DNA of 63,022 bases, the filler included, from Dimargaris cristalligena (taxonomy: Eukaryota), in NCBI GenBank assembly GCA_003614675.1. It is 12 parts of 12 records of this genome, joined end to end, with 100 filler letters (N's around TTAATTAATTAA, not from the genome) between each part and the next. Parts side by side here need not be neighbours in the genome. Positions count along the whole stretch, not along the records: positions 1 to 5,210 come from ML003671.1; positions 5,311 to 10,505 come from ML003672.1; positions 10,606 to 15,780 come from ML003673.1; 9 more parts are not named here. The stretch is one strand, 5' to 3'. The notes beneath the pieces were generated by a model that made no database searches, was not told the DNA's origin, and saw only the letters and a list, made by a program, of their open reading frames with translations. Both the position numbers and the translations under genes were made by a program. Below, piece after piece: positions 1 to 11,595 of the stretch; positions within the stretch are counted from its first letter, which is position 1, and each line of letters starts with the position of its first letter.

Positions 1-351
1 TCCACCTTATTGTTAGCCATTATGTAGTTCCCCCTTCAGGACCTCCCCTTTGGAGGCATCCTCAGCGTATATATAACCGGGCTCCCCTTTGGGACCGGTT
101 AGCAGCTCAGCTTATTCTTACCCCCGTAGTTTACCCCAATAAACTCTATATACGCTCACCCCCTAGTACTGACCAGTAAGTGTGCATCTAGTGCACGGAT
201 CTCGCCTACATCCTACACTTACTTTATTCGGTTAGTCTTGTCCCCCCCCCTAACACTAGTAGCCCGCTTGGCCGTGTCCAACGCCCCGCCTACTGTTAGA
301 AGCCTACCCCCGAGACTCTTGACGGACTAAGAGTGGTTAACTCGGGCGACA
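1..351 (+). mobile_element. LTR family A, 5'-truncated copy
   Basis: 3' part (CCTACTGTTAGAAGCCTA...GACTCTTGACGGACTAAGAGTGGTTAACTCGGGCGACA) aligns with the TSD-flanked solo LTR at 58855-59366. It ends in CA and contains TATATAA and AATAAA. Confidence 0.85.
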
Positions 352-2047
352 TGGGGGATAAAAAAGGTATACCCCGCTTGCGGCCAAACTATCTGTTGCT
401 ATCTACACCTCAACTGGGAATTTTCAAATCGACTTTATTTAATACGTATTTTGAAAAATCCCATCATGAAATCAAACTCTTTTGTTTTATATAATTAGAT
501 CAGGCTATTAAAAAATGATTCTATGGTGGAGGTCAAAGAAGCTATCATTGATAGTGCTACATCTATCCCGGCGGCTGACACTAGCCTTGCCAATTATGAC
601 GAGGTAGTACCCTCGCCAGAGGACAACTTAGCCAAGAATGCAATTAACCAGAGGGCCGACCATTCAGACACCCCGGTCATCGAAGACTGACGAACTCAGC
701 TGCATTTGGTAGAGAACCAATTACATGCAGTCCTCCGGGTTACAAGGCTAGCATTTCAACCTCTACGCGATAGACTTTATCTGACTATATAAAGGGAACT
801 CGGTCGGGAAACTGATATCCTCTTAGTTTACTAGCGTTCATATCACTCATATCCTCCATTACTTATTCCACGCTATACATTTCTAATAAAACTCGCTCCT
901 TTCATCCGCTAATCTATCAATAGAATAGATTAAATGAAAAGAACCCAAGGGTCCCAAATAAGCTGTCGCAATCAACCACTTCCCATATCGAAGATGTATG
1001 AGAATGAACCCATCGGCTTAGAGAATCGCCTTTAAACTATCCAGTGGTGGAAATATAGTCTAGAATCAAGAATCCCTGCCCAAAGAGCTGATGAAGGGTA
1101 AATCGGGCCATAATGAACCGAAGCATCTGGCCCTAGTGAGATATCGGATTCGGTTCAGGTGGGTGCGATGATGCAGATAGATACCCCCGATTTTATAGTA
1201 AGTCAGCGCCCCGGGCTAAGAGCTAGCTTTAGATGGTAAAATAAATGTAGAATGTTGTTTCCAAGGAGATTCACTTCTTTCTTACGTATATCTAATTGGA
1301 GGGGGGCTATTACACAGTGGGCAGGTTGTTAGTTGTGGCCTGGCAATATAATCACTCGTTTGTGGTGGGTACATTTCATATTCAAGGTAGAGAGCCCTTG
1401 AGGTGGAAGGGTTTCCCGATTTATTTTTTAGTGGGACTGGATGGGTTAGGTTATTGAATGCCAAAAAAAAAATTACAATATCCGCCAATTCTTTTACAGG
1501 GAAAGTGGTTAGGGGATGCAATTGGTTTGAAAAGCACGCTTTGCTAATAGAGGGGAAAGAGTAAGAATTTAAGCCGCAAATAGGTTTCGTATTTTTCACC
1601 CTTTTTATTCCTTTCTACAGGTCGGGCCCTATTGAATTTTTGTTTATTTTTACTATCAGAATATATTATTTGCCTTATACAAGTCCGCGGTCTACTATAG
1701 CCGAATAACATCAGGCCTAATAGTAAACAATGAATGGCATAAAACTGCCAATATTTGTTAACAATGCACTAAACCATTGGGCCATCATTAGGAGCAATTC
1801 AAAAGGAAACTTGTCGTAATAGCTATTCAGCTACTTCCAATCCCATCCAAGGCAAGCTGCATTTACATACACCTTAGCGTAATATCAAATTATCTACTTA
1901 AAATCCTGGTTATTTATTATTCACCTAATAAAGACAAGAAAAAGAGCAAATAACCCTTAATCGAACTGACCGACTAATTTTTTGAAAACAAGAGGTAAAG
2001 GTACTATTTGATAAGATATACAAATGGGTGCATACCATTATAGATAT

Positions 2048-3109
2048 TTAGTTCGACAGGACCACGCGATACCGCACCTTGCCGTCACGAACCCGCTGGA
2101 TACCCTCGTTGCACTGATCCATTGGCAGGGTTTCAATCCACGGCCGGACATTGTGCTTGGCCGCGAAATCGAGCGTAGCCCGGACTTCCTTGATACCACC
2201 AATCAACGAGCCCGCGATTCCCACGTTGTTGGCCAAGAAAGAGAAAGGCTTAAGCTTCAGCTCAGTTTCGGGAATGGCTAACAAAACAATCAGCCCGTAG
2301 ACATCCATAAAACTAATCAACTGGGCCCAGTCGGTGTGGGGCGAGTTGGAGGTGACAATCAAGTAGTCGAGGGATTGGGTGGCAGCCTTGCTTTGCTCGG
2401 CGTCGCGTAGGTTAACAACCTGGGTAGCACCGAGTTTGAAACATTCCTCGCGCTTGGCTTCGGAAGAGGTGAAGCTGGTAACATGGGCACCCAAAGCCTT
2501 GGCGAATTGGACGGCCAGATGGCCGAGACCACCGATGCCAACGACTCCCACTCGATCACCCGCCTTCATCTTGTAGTGCAGCATGGGGGTGAATACGGTG
2601 GTACCAGCACACATGAGGGGAGCGGCTTCGCGGGGGTCAATGGCAGCGGGGATATTGAAAGCGTAGTTGGCGTCGACCCGGACGGCATCGGCGTAGCCAC
2701 CCTGGGATAGTTCACCATCGGGGTAAGGCTTGTTATAGGTAAACACTGAGTGGGGGCAGTGCGCATCGTGTCCCCGCTGGCAGTTCTTGCAGTCCGGCTT
2801 CTGGCAAGCGAAGGCCTGGGCGCCTACACCAACCAAATCGCCGACGGCGTGGCCCTGCACCTCGGCACCCTTGGCCACCACACGGCCGATAATTTCGTGA
2901 CCGACAATCACGGGATACTGAGTGGGACCCCAGCCGCTGTCGATGGTGTGGATGTCCGAACCACAAACACCGCAGTGATCAATCTTGATTTCAATGTCGT
3001 TGGGACCCAGGGGACGGGGCTTGTATTGCCAGGGCACCAGTGGCTGGTCCTTGCCCATAGCGGCGTAGCCGCTGATCATGCGAGATTCGGAGGAAGTGGA
3101 AGTGGTCAT
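2048..3109 (-). CDS. Zn-dependent NADPH alcohol dehydrogenase (MDR; ADH6/cinnamyl-alcohol dehydrogenase type), 353 aa
   Basis: Motifs CGSD, GHE, structural Zn Cys cluster, AAPLMCAG, GIGGLG Rossmann and C-terminal VRYRVVL. First ATG is at 3109; the ORF track start at 3193 is a non-ATG codon. Confidence 0.95.
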   Translation of the reverse strand: MTTSTSSESRMISGYAAMGKDQPLVPWQYKPRPLGPNDIEIKIDHCGVCGSDIHTIDSGWGPTQYPVIVGHEIIGRVVAKGAEVQGHAVGDLVGVGAQAFACQKPDCKNCQRGHDAHCPHSVFTYNKPYPDGELSQGGYADAVRVDANYAFNIPAAIDPREAAPLMCAGTTVFTPMLHYKMKAGDRVGVVGIGGLGHLAVQFAKALGAHVTSFTSSEAKREECFKLGATQVVNLRDAEQSKAATQSLDYLIVTSNSPHTDWAQLISFMDVYGLIVLLAIPETELKLKPFSFLANNVGIAGSLIGGIKEVRATLDFAAKHNVRPWIETLPMDQCNEGIQRVRDGKVRYRVVLSN

Positions 3110-5210
3110 GTTATAAGGATTATGCGGGGGTGATAATAAAGTAGAGGGATACTCGAATCTAGACGAGAGTGGATGAATGGTATAATAGAACACTACCTAA
3201 GGACTGATATGGTAGGTGGGGTTGGGTGAGGGACACCAGCCTATTTATATTGAAGTGGTCGGCCCAATTCGACGAGCCTACGTTTGGTTGTTCTGTATCT
3301 AAAGAAGCAACTAGAAGTATCCATGGGCTACTTTTGCTACAAGAGTACGAGGATCCAGCTTGCCTATACCATACTGGCCAATCGACGTTTCTGTCGAATT
3401 ATGGAGAGGTACGGCCTCCTCATGAAACTGGTTGAAAACACTAGTTTATCAACCAAGAGATGTCGCCACACTGGGATTGGCTCGTTCATAGTGGCCAATG
3501 GGGGATTTGGTTGATCTACTATCAGCTCATCGAAGAGAAACAGGTGATACTGGATATTTAAGACTCTGGTCGGTACGGTTTATATGTGAGAAGGGGATAG
3601 ATTAGTTGCTGAATTTATTACTGGTGTATGGCAGGATATTTAGCAGCCGATGAACTTCTATGAAACCAGATCCTCCATTAAAATCCCGTGCGGCCAAGAA
3701 AATCATAATAATTAATATGCAACTGGTTTACGCCACATCGGTCGACATAATTGATTCAATATTCGCAAGTGCGTGTCCATCCAGTTGGCGTAATCGGGAC
3801 ATGTGCGATTACTCTGCAGGCACTGTCGGCGCTGATACCTTTCGGCTATTTCTCGTATATCTCTAACATTACCTTATAGGAGAGAGAGACCCACGTTACC
3901 CATATTTTGTTCATGGAGAACGGGTATTATTATTAGTCAGCTACCGGGGGTTTCATAGTAGATAAGTTGACCGACTGGACTGAAGTGACGACACGTCCAC
4001 GCTCGATCGTCTAATATTATTTCCGTATAGTCTTCCATTATATGAGTACTACAAAACCCCATAATTCTCCGAGTATGAGACTGGTACCCTACACTATAGA
4101 GGATTTTAAACGGCCACAGTAAGGTGTAGTACTCAATTATTACCTTAGAAGGAATATGGCGCTAAAATGAGAGAGATTTTTAGTTCCAGCCTATCAGCTC
4201 CATCAGATATGAATCACAACTTATCCCAGGGAAAAGATAGTACTTAGTGAGCAAACCCATGTGTATCATTTTTCCCATACTACCTTTTAAATTACGTATA
4301 AATGGCCATTTCACTGTTTCCATTGTTGGTCTCTATCCTTCAAGCCTGGACCTTGGTTAAAATCAAATTTAATGTATGCATTTAGATAAGGTTAAGGGCA
4401 GCTACATTGTCCCATTTCCTTTACTGTCGAATAGTACAAGTCCTGTTGCGCCACAATTAATCGGACCCGGTAAAATACTATTGTCGTCATTTACGGCTAA
4501 ACGTTTTGGTATTCTTAATTTACTGGCCATCCAACTTTAATAACGGCGCCCAGATAGATCAGCCATTTTAATTGGTTCTAAAGTGTTGCCTTTGGGGCTA
4601 ACATGAATGAGTGGAAGAGGTTGAAGGTATTATTTCATCAAACCGCTGGTGCCTATGGGGAAGGGGCTTACTAATCTAAACTTCGGTCGAGAATTATCCC
4701 ATAGTCATATAATTTCCTGTGGGGGGGGTATACTGGCCGCAATTTCGGTCTGCTGAATTTCGGCAGTAGGACATGCTACATGCAGGTCCTGGAAAATATC
4801 GCGCGGCTAATTGGTTGGGGTCATAGACTGCTAATTACCCATCTATCTCCTCCTCTACGCATCTTTGACGTTTTACAACATTATCTACCCCCCCACCTAC
4901 AGGCAACTGTGAATATATTTGCTACCCGTACAGCGTATGTATCGCCCATCTATGGTCCCGCCTGCTCGATAGAAATTGCACCAATACTGCTGGGGGTTAC
5001 GTCTACCTTATAACCGCGCTCAGTTGGTTTTGCTCAATGCGAAAAGCTGAATTGCCTACATGCGTAGACCGGGAGTCTGGAGTGGCGAGCCATCATTGGG
5101 GCGAGATAATTCGTTTTTAAAAAACTCATTATGTTAATAGAGGGGAAAGAAAAATTTTTCCGTAAAAATATTACTTTCCCCGAAGTAGAAAGGAAAAATT
5201 TCCATGCGAA

Positions 5211-5310
5211 NNNNNNNNNNNNNNNNNNNNNNNNNNNNNNNNNNNNNNNNNNNNTTAATTAATTAANNNNNNNNNNNNNNNNNNNNNNNNNNNNNNNNNN
5301 NNNNNNNNNN
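5211..5310. other. Artificial contig linker (N44-TTAATTAATTAA-N44), first of 11
   Basis: Identical 100-bp spacer at 5211, 10506, 15781, 21055, 26314, 31568, 36821, 42072, 47320, 52556 and 57791. It has stops in all six frames. Intervening segment lengths fall monotonically from 5210 to 5132 bp. Confidence 0.99.
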
Positions 5311-5402
5311 CAATATTACTAGTTAAAAATACATTTCCCATATATTTTCCCATACACGTATAATGTAAGCCCTTATATAGCTGGGCCGAATTTCACCCAT
5401 AT
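5311..5402 (-). mobile_element. ~144-bp MITE-like repeat, truncated by contig start
   Basis: Reverse complement matches 14848-14925 (ATATGGGTGAAATTCGGCCCAGC...TTTTTAACTAGTAATATT). Confidence 0.8.
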
Positions 5403-6365
5403 GAAGTATTTTATTCAGACAAACGGTGACAGTTGGGCGTCAGGGGCGGTATATTTTATTCCTCTGCGATGAGGTGTTGTTCTTGTGCTGTTGGGATAGG
5501 GTCGACTTATTCTGTCGGGGGGAACAAACGCGCCACACCATAGTCCCGTGGGTTTCCTTCACTTGGGTGGGGAGTACTGTGGTGTGAGCGGGGATCAGCC
5601 CCTCGTTGATGAGTGGCGGCAGCCTCCCTTGATTGTCATATCACCCCTATGGTCTATTCTACCATATCGCCGATCATGTTGGATCGGATCGGTAAATATC
5701 CGTATTAGTTGTCCCTTATTTCCGACCCGTTGAAACTTAATGTCGAGTGTTAAGTAGAAGGGATCAGAGTAGTAAGGGATTGAGCCCAGCCAGTTATCCA
5801 ACTAGGTTAGAGAATGACTAATGGTGCGTCAGGGCCAATTTTTATGGATGAACACGTATCATGGGAGTTGGAGCAAAGGCAACTCAAATTCGATTGACGA
5901 GATCCACCGGAGCATCCTCCAAATAGCTAATTTAGATGCACACTATCCCCTCATGTAGAGCGGAAGGCGGACTATATAGGTGGAAGAAGACGAGATTATC
6001 CAAAGTATCTCTCTTCCCTTTTTCCACTTTTAGGTAGGGGTGCTCAGTACCCTTATTTATCGTGTTTAGCGTTGATCACTTGATATATCAAGGAATTGCG
6101 TTCAAGACAGTTGGCAATTCGTAAGGTTTTAACCCTTTTCGAACCTGGCTGTACGCGTCCCCTGTACATAATTTGATCATTGCTAATTTAGCTTGAAATC
6201 AGGAAGGGGGGATGGAGAGATAGAGGTAATCGTCAATGCAATCGGCATGTTGATTTGCTAGGCCATACGACGCTACTTAAGGCTCATCGAATCTGACCGG
6301 GTCAGATTATTATTAATAGCAGTTTCCTCCTTGACTATACCATCCAACAAACGAGTTAGAACATA

Positions 6366-6414
6366 CCACGCAGAGAATGTATATCCAACGTTAACATCCC
6401 AGGAAATATATAAA
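6366..6414 (+). promoter_or_regulatory. Conserved CCACGCAGAGAATGT motif plus TATATAAA box upstream of peptide gene A
   Basis: TATATAAA at 6407-6414, 197 bp before the ATG. Same arrangement in copy B. Confidence 0.55.
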
Positions 6415-6603
6415 CCGCTCTCCCTTTCCTCTGGTTTTTTACAGTATCTCGTTTTTTATTGTAGCCATTCCATCCTCCGCTTGACTTGTATTTCCCTGCC
6501 TCCTTCACTTTCACTAATTGACTAGATCGTTTTTCTACAATTACAATACTCCTTCCCTCCCAATACCACTTGGTCAAATCACCGTAAAGCTAAATACTCC
6601 ATT

Positions 6604-7014
6604 ATGAAGTGCCTTACCTCCCTCCTTCTGATTACAGCTCTTGTTGCCACCATGGGGATTGCCACCGCGACGATACCTAAAACCCCCCGTGCTGTCACGC
6701 CGATGGACAAGGGCGCACTCGGTCGGCTTTACACCCAATCCCCGGTTGCGTCGCAGAATTCGTTAAACCATCGGGGATATCCCAACTACACCCCTGAGCA
6801 CCGTCGCCGCGCGGCCTTCTCAGCCATCCCCTGCGAGTCTCTGGTTAAGCGGACACCTATTCCAATGCCTAACCCCAAACCATCCGATAGCAACTCTGCT
6901 GCTTTGACCCTCAGCAAAGTGCCGAATTCCTCAGGCGGTACAATTAATCGCCATTATCCGGTGGAATTCGGGAGCACGAATACCAAAGATATAAAATTTG
7001 CCCTTATTTTCTGA
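6604..7014 (+). CDS. Secreted prepropeptide, paralog A (136 aa)
   Basis: Signal peptide MKCLTSLLLITALVATMGIATA; RRR and KR basic sites; KR followed by TP-IP-MP-NP-KP. 77/105 N-terminal residues are identical to paralog B. Confidence 0.8.
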   Translation: MKCLTSLLLITALVATMGIATATIPKTPRAVTPMDKGALGRLYTQSPVASQNSLNHRGYPNYTPEHRRRAAFSAIPCESLVKRTPIPMPNPKPSDSNSAALTLSKVPNSSGGTINRHYPVEFGSTNTKDIKFALIF

Positions 7015-8759
7015 ATAACAGTAATCATTCACTAATTCTTCAGCAAACATATTTACACGCCCCTAATTATCTAATTTATTGTGGTTAGCCACTTGCACAA
7101 TGTACCCTTGCGTCCCTGCTCACTTAATAAATATATACCATTTATCCGTTCTTGGAGAATCCTCATCCGGACATGTCTCGACAATAAATACCATCTATGC
7201 TACAATAACTGTACATAGAGTATAGTCAACTATTTCAATAACAGTGGCATTGCTTGACCATTGGGTGAAATACCCCCCCCCCTCCTATTACATTGATGGC
7301 TTTGGTCGTTTAAGAATTACTTGAAAACTCAAATTATTAGTAAAATATCTGTCAAATGGGAATATTAGAGAGGATATATTAGCCACTTGAACTATACAAA
7401 GTTATTATTTATACTAAATCATACCTGGCGGCCGCTGGCTTCTTCACGGATCCTGATTAGTTGAGTGCTCGCTTGGGGAGAGTGATTGCCACTATTTGGG
7501 AGAATCGGAATGCATTCGGGTAAATAAATATGCCACAGCTGATGCTACCGGTTATTGTTTATCTATTGGTAGGGGATATTTAATAGACACTATTGCCACT
7601 TTATTAAACTCCATTTTTTTAAAGAAAAATTAACGTTAATAAAAACAATTGGCTAGGTAATACGGTTGACTAAAATGGGGCGGCTTTACATAAAATGTAG
7701 TATAAAACCCCGCCCACACTTGTCGAATTTGAAATTCGAGAAGCCTCAAGAGTCTGACTGAACTACCTACTATGTGGGTTTGGCTATAAAATCAACCGTA
7801 GGCTCAATATATTGGGAAAATATAATACTTGTCTTACTAATCAGACGCATTGGAATCGTTTAATACGAACATCCCCCTCCCATCTTTTAAGGCACCAAAA
7901 AACAAATGGAAGGTCCATCTAGGCTATTTAACGAACGATCCATCTCATAAGACCAATACGACTAGTAAAGAAAAATTATCACATTCTTTTATCTACGCAC
8001 ATCATTGCGATCGATATTAGGCTGGGCCAAGTCTCTCCCGTATAGCCTATTCAAATATTACACTGATCATGTTGGATTTAATTGGCAAGTATCTGTATTA
8101 GTTAGCTTCTATTCCTGACCGATTGGGCTGTAGAGTTGGGTATCGGGCAGGAGGAATCAGAGTAGTAGGGAGTTTATCCTAGTCGGCTTGCCACCAAGAC
8201 AAAGTATGGTTAATGGGGGAGGGGGTTTAGGGCAAATGGCTGTGGGTGATCAAGCATCTTGATTAAAGCAGAGATGGCCCAAATGCGATTAATGTGGTGC
8301 GTCGGATTATCCTCCAAAGAACCAAGCTGGATACACATTCTCACCTCGTGTAGCGCGGACATCGGCCGATATAGGCGAGGGCAGGCAAGATTACCCAAAC
8401 CATTTGCCCCCCCCCCTTTTCGCCGCTTTTAGGTAAGGGTGCTCAGTTCCATTGTTTACCGTGATAAGCATCGATCACCCGCTATTACAAAGAGTTAAGC
8501 CCAATTCAACTGGCAATTCCTAAGGCCGTCAACCTCTTCGAAACCGGCTCTAAACGTCCCCTGTACATTAGCTGGGCACCGGCAATTTGGCTGGGAAGCA
8601 GAGCTCGAGGGGTGGAGGCAAGCGTTAATATAGCTATCTGGACGATTTACTCTTGCATGAAACATTCTTTATGGCTCATTGAATCCAAGCATATTAAACC
8701 ATTTGTAATAGTACTTTTCATGTTGTCTATGCCAGCATACAAATGAAGGTTAGATTGGT

Positions 8760-8808
8760 CCACGCAGAGAATGTGTATCCTACTTTTACATCATTGGGAA
8801 TATATAAA
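8760..8808 (+). promoter_or_regulatory. Conserved CCACGCAGAGAATGT motif plus TATATAAA box upstream of peptide gene B
   Basis: TATATAAA at 8801-8808, 197 bp before the ATG. Spacing identical to copy A. Confidence 0.55.
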
Positions 8809-8997
8809 GCAGTATTCTTTTCCTCTTGTTTTTTACAATATACCACATTTTATTCTAGCCATTACATCCTTCGCTTGACTATTATTTCCCCGCACCTTTT
8901 ACATTTACAAATAGACTGGACCTATTCACTCCATTTACATTAACCCTTCAGTCCAAATACCACTCAGCCTAATTACTATAGAGTTTCATACTCAACC

Positions 8998-9414
8998 ATG
9001 AAGTGGCTCATCTCCCTCCTTCTGACCACAGCTCTTGTTGCCATCATGGGAATACACGCCGCGGCGATACCAGAAACCCCCCGTGCTGTCACACCAATGG
9101 CCAAGGGCGCACTTGGTATGCTTCACACTAAACCCCCAGTTGCGTCGCTGGATTTGTTAAACCGTCGGGAATATCCCAACTACACCCCTGAGCACCGTCG
9201 TCGTACGGCCCACTCTGAGATGCCTTACAAGTCTTTGGTCAAGCGGGAACCTATCCCAATGCCTAACCCCAAACCATTTGATAGCAACTCTGTTGCTTTG
9301 ACCCCCAGTAAATCCCGATATGCCCGAGCAAGTAGATCCAAAATCAATATGCCTGCACAAATCGGTAGCAAATATCCTGAGCTATACAATTTATTTATTT
9401 TTCATTTTGAGTAA
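8998..9414 (+). CDS. Secreted prepropeptide, paralog B (138 aa)
   Basis: Signal peptide; RR, RRR and KR sites; KR followed by EP-IP-MP-NP-KP. ORF conserved with paralog A. Confidence 0.8.
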   Translation: MKWLISLLLTTALVAIMGIHAAAIPETPRAVTPMAKGALGMLHTKPPVASLDLLNRREYPNYTPEHRRRTAHSEMPYKSLVKREPIPMPNPKPFDSNSVALTPSKSRYARASRSKINMPAQIGSKYPELYNLFIFHFE

Positions 9415-10329
9415 CGGTAATAGTTAACCGATTAGTCCACCATCGCGATTTTAAGACAATATCTATGTAGTTAATAAATATACTTTTTCGGTGCTCACCG
9501 AGTCCTATTTCGGACATATTCCGACAATAAATACCACCTAAACAACATTCACTGCACAGCGTATATGGTATAGTATTTCAATAAAAGTGAAATAGCTTGA
9601 TTGTAGGGTGAGGTGCCTCCTACTTGCATTGATAGGCTTCATCGGTTACCCATTGCTCGACTACCCGAAGCATCTGTAAAATATTTCCTTAATAGGAATA
9701 TTAGAGGACGTATAAGGGCCGGCTGGTACTGCTGGGTTTCTGGGCATCCATAAGGGGTGATATTTTATCTAGGCTATTGCAGGCTTATCTAACTATCTAT
9801 TTTTTTAACAAAAATATAAGACGATAGAAATATGGGGTCGGGAATTTTGGATGACTAAAAGGACATTCGGCTCAGCCCAGTTTCACTAAATTAACTATAA
9901 TGCGGTGGCTTCATCTCCAAGGTGGTATAAAAACTCCACTCGACATTGTCGAATCTGGAGTTTTAGAAGCCTCGAGAATCCGACTAGACCGCTTACTAGG
10001 TAGGGTTGGCTATAAAATCGGCTGTAGACATAGTGTACTGCAAAAAAATTGATACTTGGCTTACTAATCAGGTTCGTCGAAATCATTAAATACGAGCACC
10101 CCCATATGGCTGGTGGTTAGGCTGGCTTTTTAGCCCTGTCATTCCGAGAAAAAAATAACCTATAAAGTAACACCAGCCTTTTACAGCCAAAAAGGTATTA
10201 TGAAACATTGGTGTGGCGGGTTTCCTCATAGCGACAAGCACTTTTTTCTTCTATTTATGCCTACATTTTCTATATATATTACAGTCTAACCGAGTTCCTC
10301 GTACAACCGTTATTTTTAGTCTAGCAACC

Positions 10330-10505
10330 ATGGGCGACCTTATTGATTGGCATTTACTTTCGGCCTCGGGCAAATCGCAAGAGCTGCCCCCACTTCTGAA
10401 GGAGCATGTCTTACACGAACCCTTAAACTGGCTTTATTCAGGGGAGTACCTCCAGCTACTCCAATCCCCCCTTGGTCAGCGGATCCTCGGAACGACTACT
10501 CCGGC
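10330..10505 (+). CDS. 5' fragment of a protein gene truncated by contig end (possibly TTC27/Emw1-like N-terminus)
   Basis: ACCATGG start context, open to the contig end. SGEYLQLLQSP is only weakly reminiscent of TTC27-family N-termini. Confidence 0.4.
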
Positions 10506-11595
10506 NNNNNNNNNNNNNNNNNNNNNNNNNNNNNNNNNNNNNNNNNNNNTTAATTAATTAANNNNNNNNNNNNNNNNNNNNNNNNNNNNNNNNNNNNNNN
10601 NNNNNTATGTTTAGTATACAAAAAAAATCAGAGGTAGCGGTATAATAGAAATATTCCGGGCTGACCTTTAGTAGAATGAGCCTGAAGTCGGCGACTAGTA
10701 TCAAGAAACGGGCGGGGGTTCCTCCCTGACTAGTCTTAGTTGGAAACCAGTAGAGCTGGGGTCATACTGCGGATGTACTGAAAAAAAGAGAGATGCCTGT
10801 ATTTTTTTGGTTTAGATTTTGGCTGGTGGGATACATACCGTTTCAGTTAATTAAGCCACTTCGTTCCCTTGTTGATAACTGCACAGTTCCAGCGACAGTA
10901 ACTGCCCATGCTGCTTATACGCAAGAGCTACAACGCTAAGCACACCATTTGGCTTCAAAATGCCGAGCATGCAGTGCAGCCCCAAAAGGAAGTTCAAACA
11001 CGCCGGTATGGCTTAAATGTACTGAGGCATGGCCAAATACTGAATTTGGAATTAGAGGACATTAGAGTGGCGCAGTTGCCCGCCGAAATAAAAACAAACG
11101 TACTTTATTTATATTTATATTTATACTTCGGCATAAGAATCCATCGGCGGAGTCAATGGATGTGGTGTTTTACTGCTACCCAATGGCAACCGTTAGAAGG
11201 AGTCGATCACCTTGAGACTAAGCGGGGTCACCTGACCCCCCAGTGAGAATGGGCCACCCAGGAGGCAGCGAACAATTACTAGACTAGTCGGCCATTCAGA
11301 CTAATCTAGGTTACTGGAAACAACACACGCCGTCCTGGGGTTTCTATATTTGAATAATTAACTAGCTATTTATATTCAACCCGGCCGATAATGTCGGGAA
11401 TAATAATGGTCCCCCACAGCGTGAGCGGAGCACAGTGTGCACATGGTTATAAGTCCTAAACCATGAATAAGGCCGGGTATCTCACGAGCCCAAGGACGAG
11501 GAGACCCTAAGTAGTACGCAGGCCATCACAAGCAAATACAGAGAGTGGGTGGTGGTAGAAAGACCGCCGTCACCAAAATCTACCAGCCACTTCTA

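Larger units (their letters stand above)
5670..10103 (+). repeat. Diverged tandem segmental duplication (copy A ~5670-7876, copy B ~8064-10103)
   Basis: Colinear matches at ~2.4 kb offset upstream (GATCATGTTGGAT; TTTTAGGTA-GGGTGCTCAGT; CCCCTGTACAT), through the CDS and downstream (CGACAATAAATACCA; GGCTATAAAATC; CTTACTAATCAG). Confidence 0.9.

Noticed and set aside
352-370. TGGGGGAT after the LTR as a tRNA primer-binding site
   Set aside because: Beyond TGGGGG it matches no tRNA 3' end I recognise, and no gag ORF follows.
6331-8943. Similar small ORFs 6331-6525 and 8743-8943 (HAENVYPT) as a second duplicated gene
   Set aside because: They overlap the TATA/5'-UTR region, have non-equivalent starts (one TTG), and are explained by the DNA duplication.
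10908-11246. 112-aa ORF
   Set aside because: No recognisable motif; includes a TTTATA microsatellite-derived LYLYLY stretch; no support for coding.
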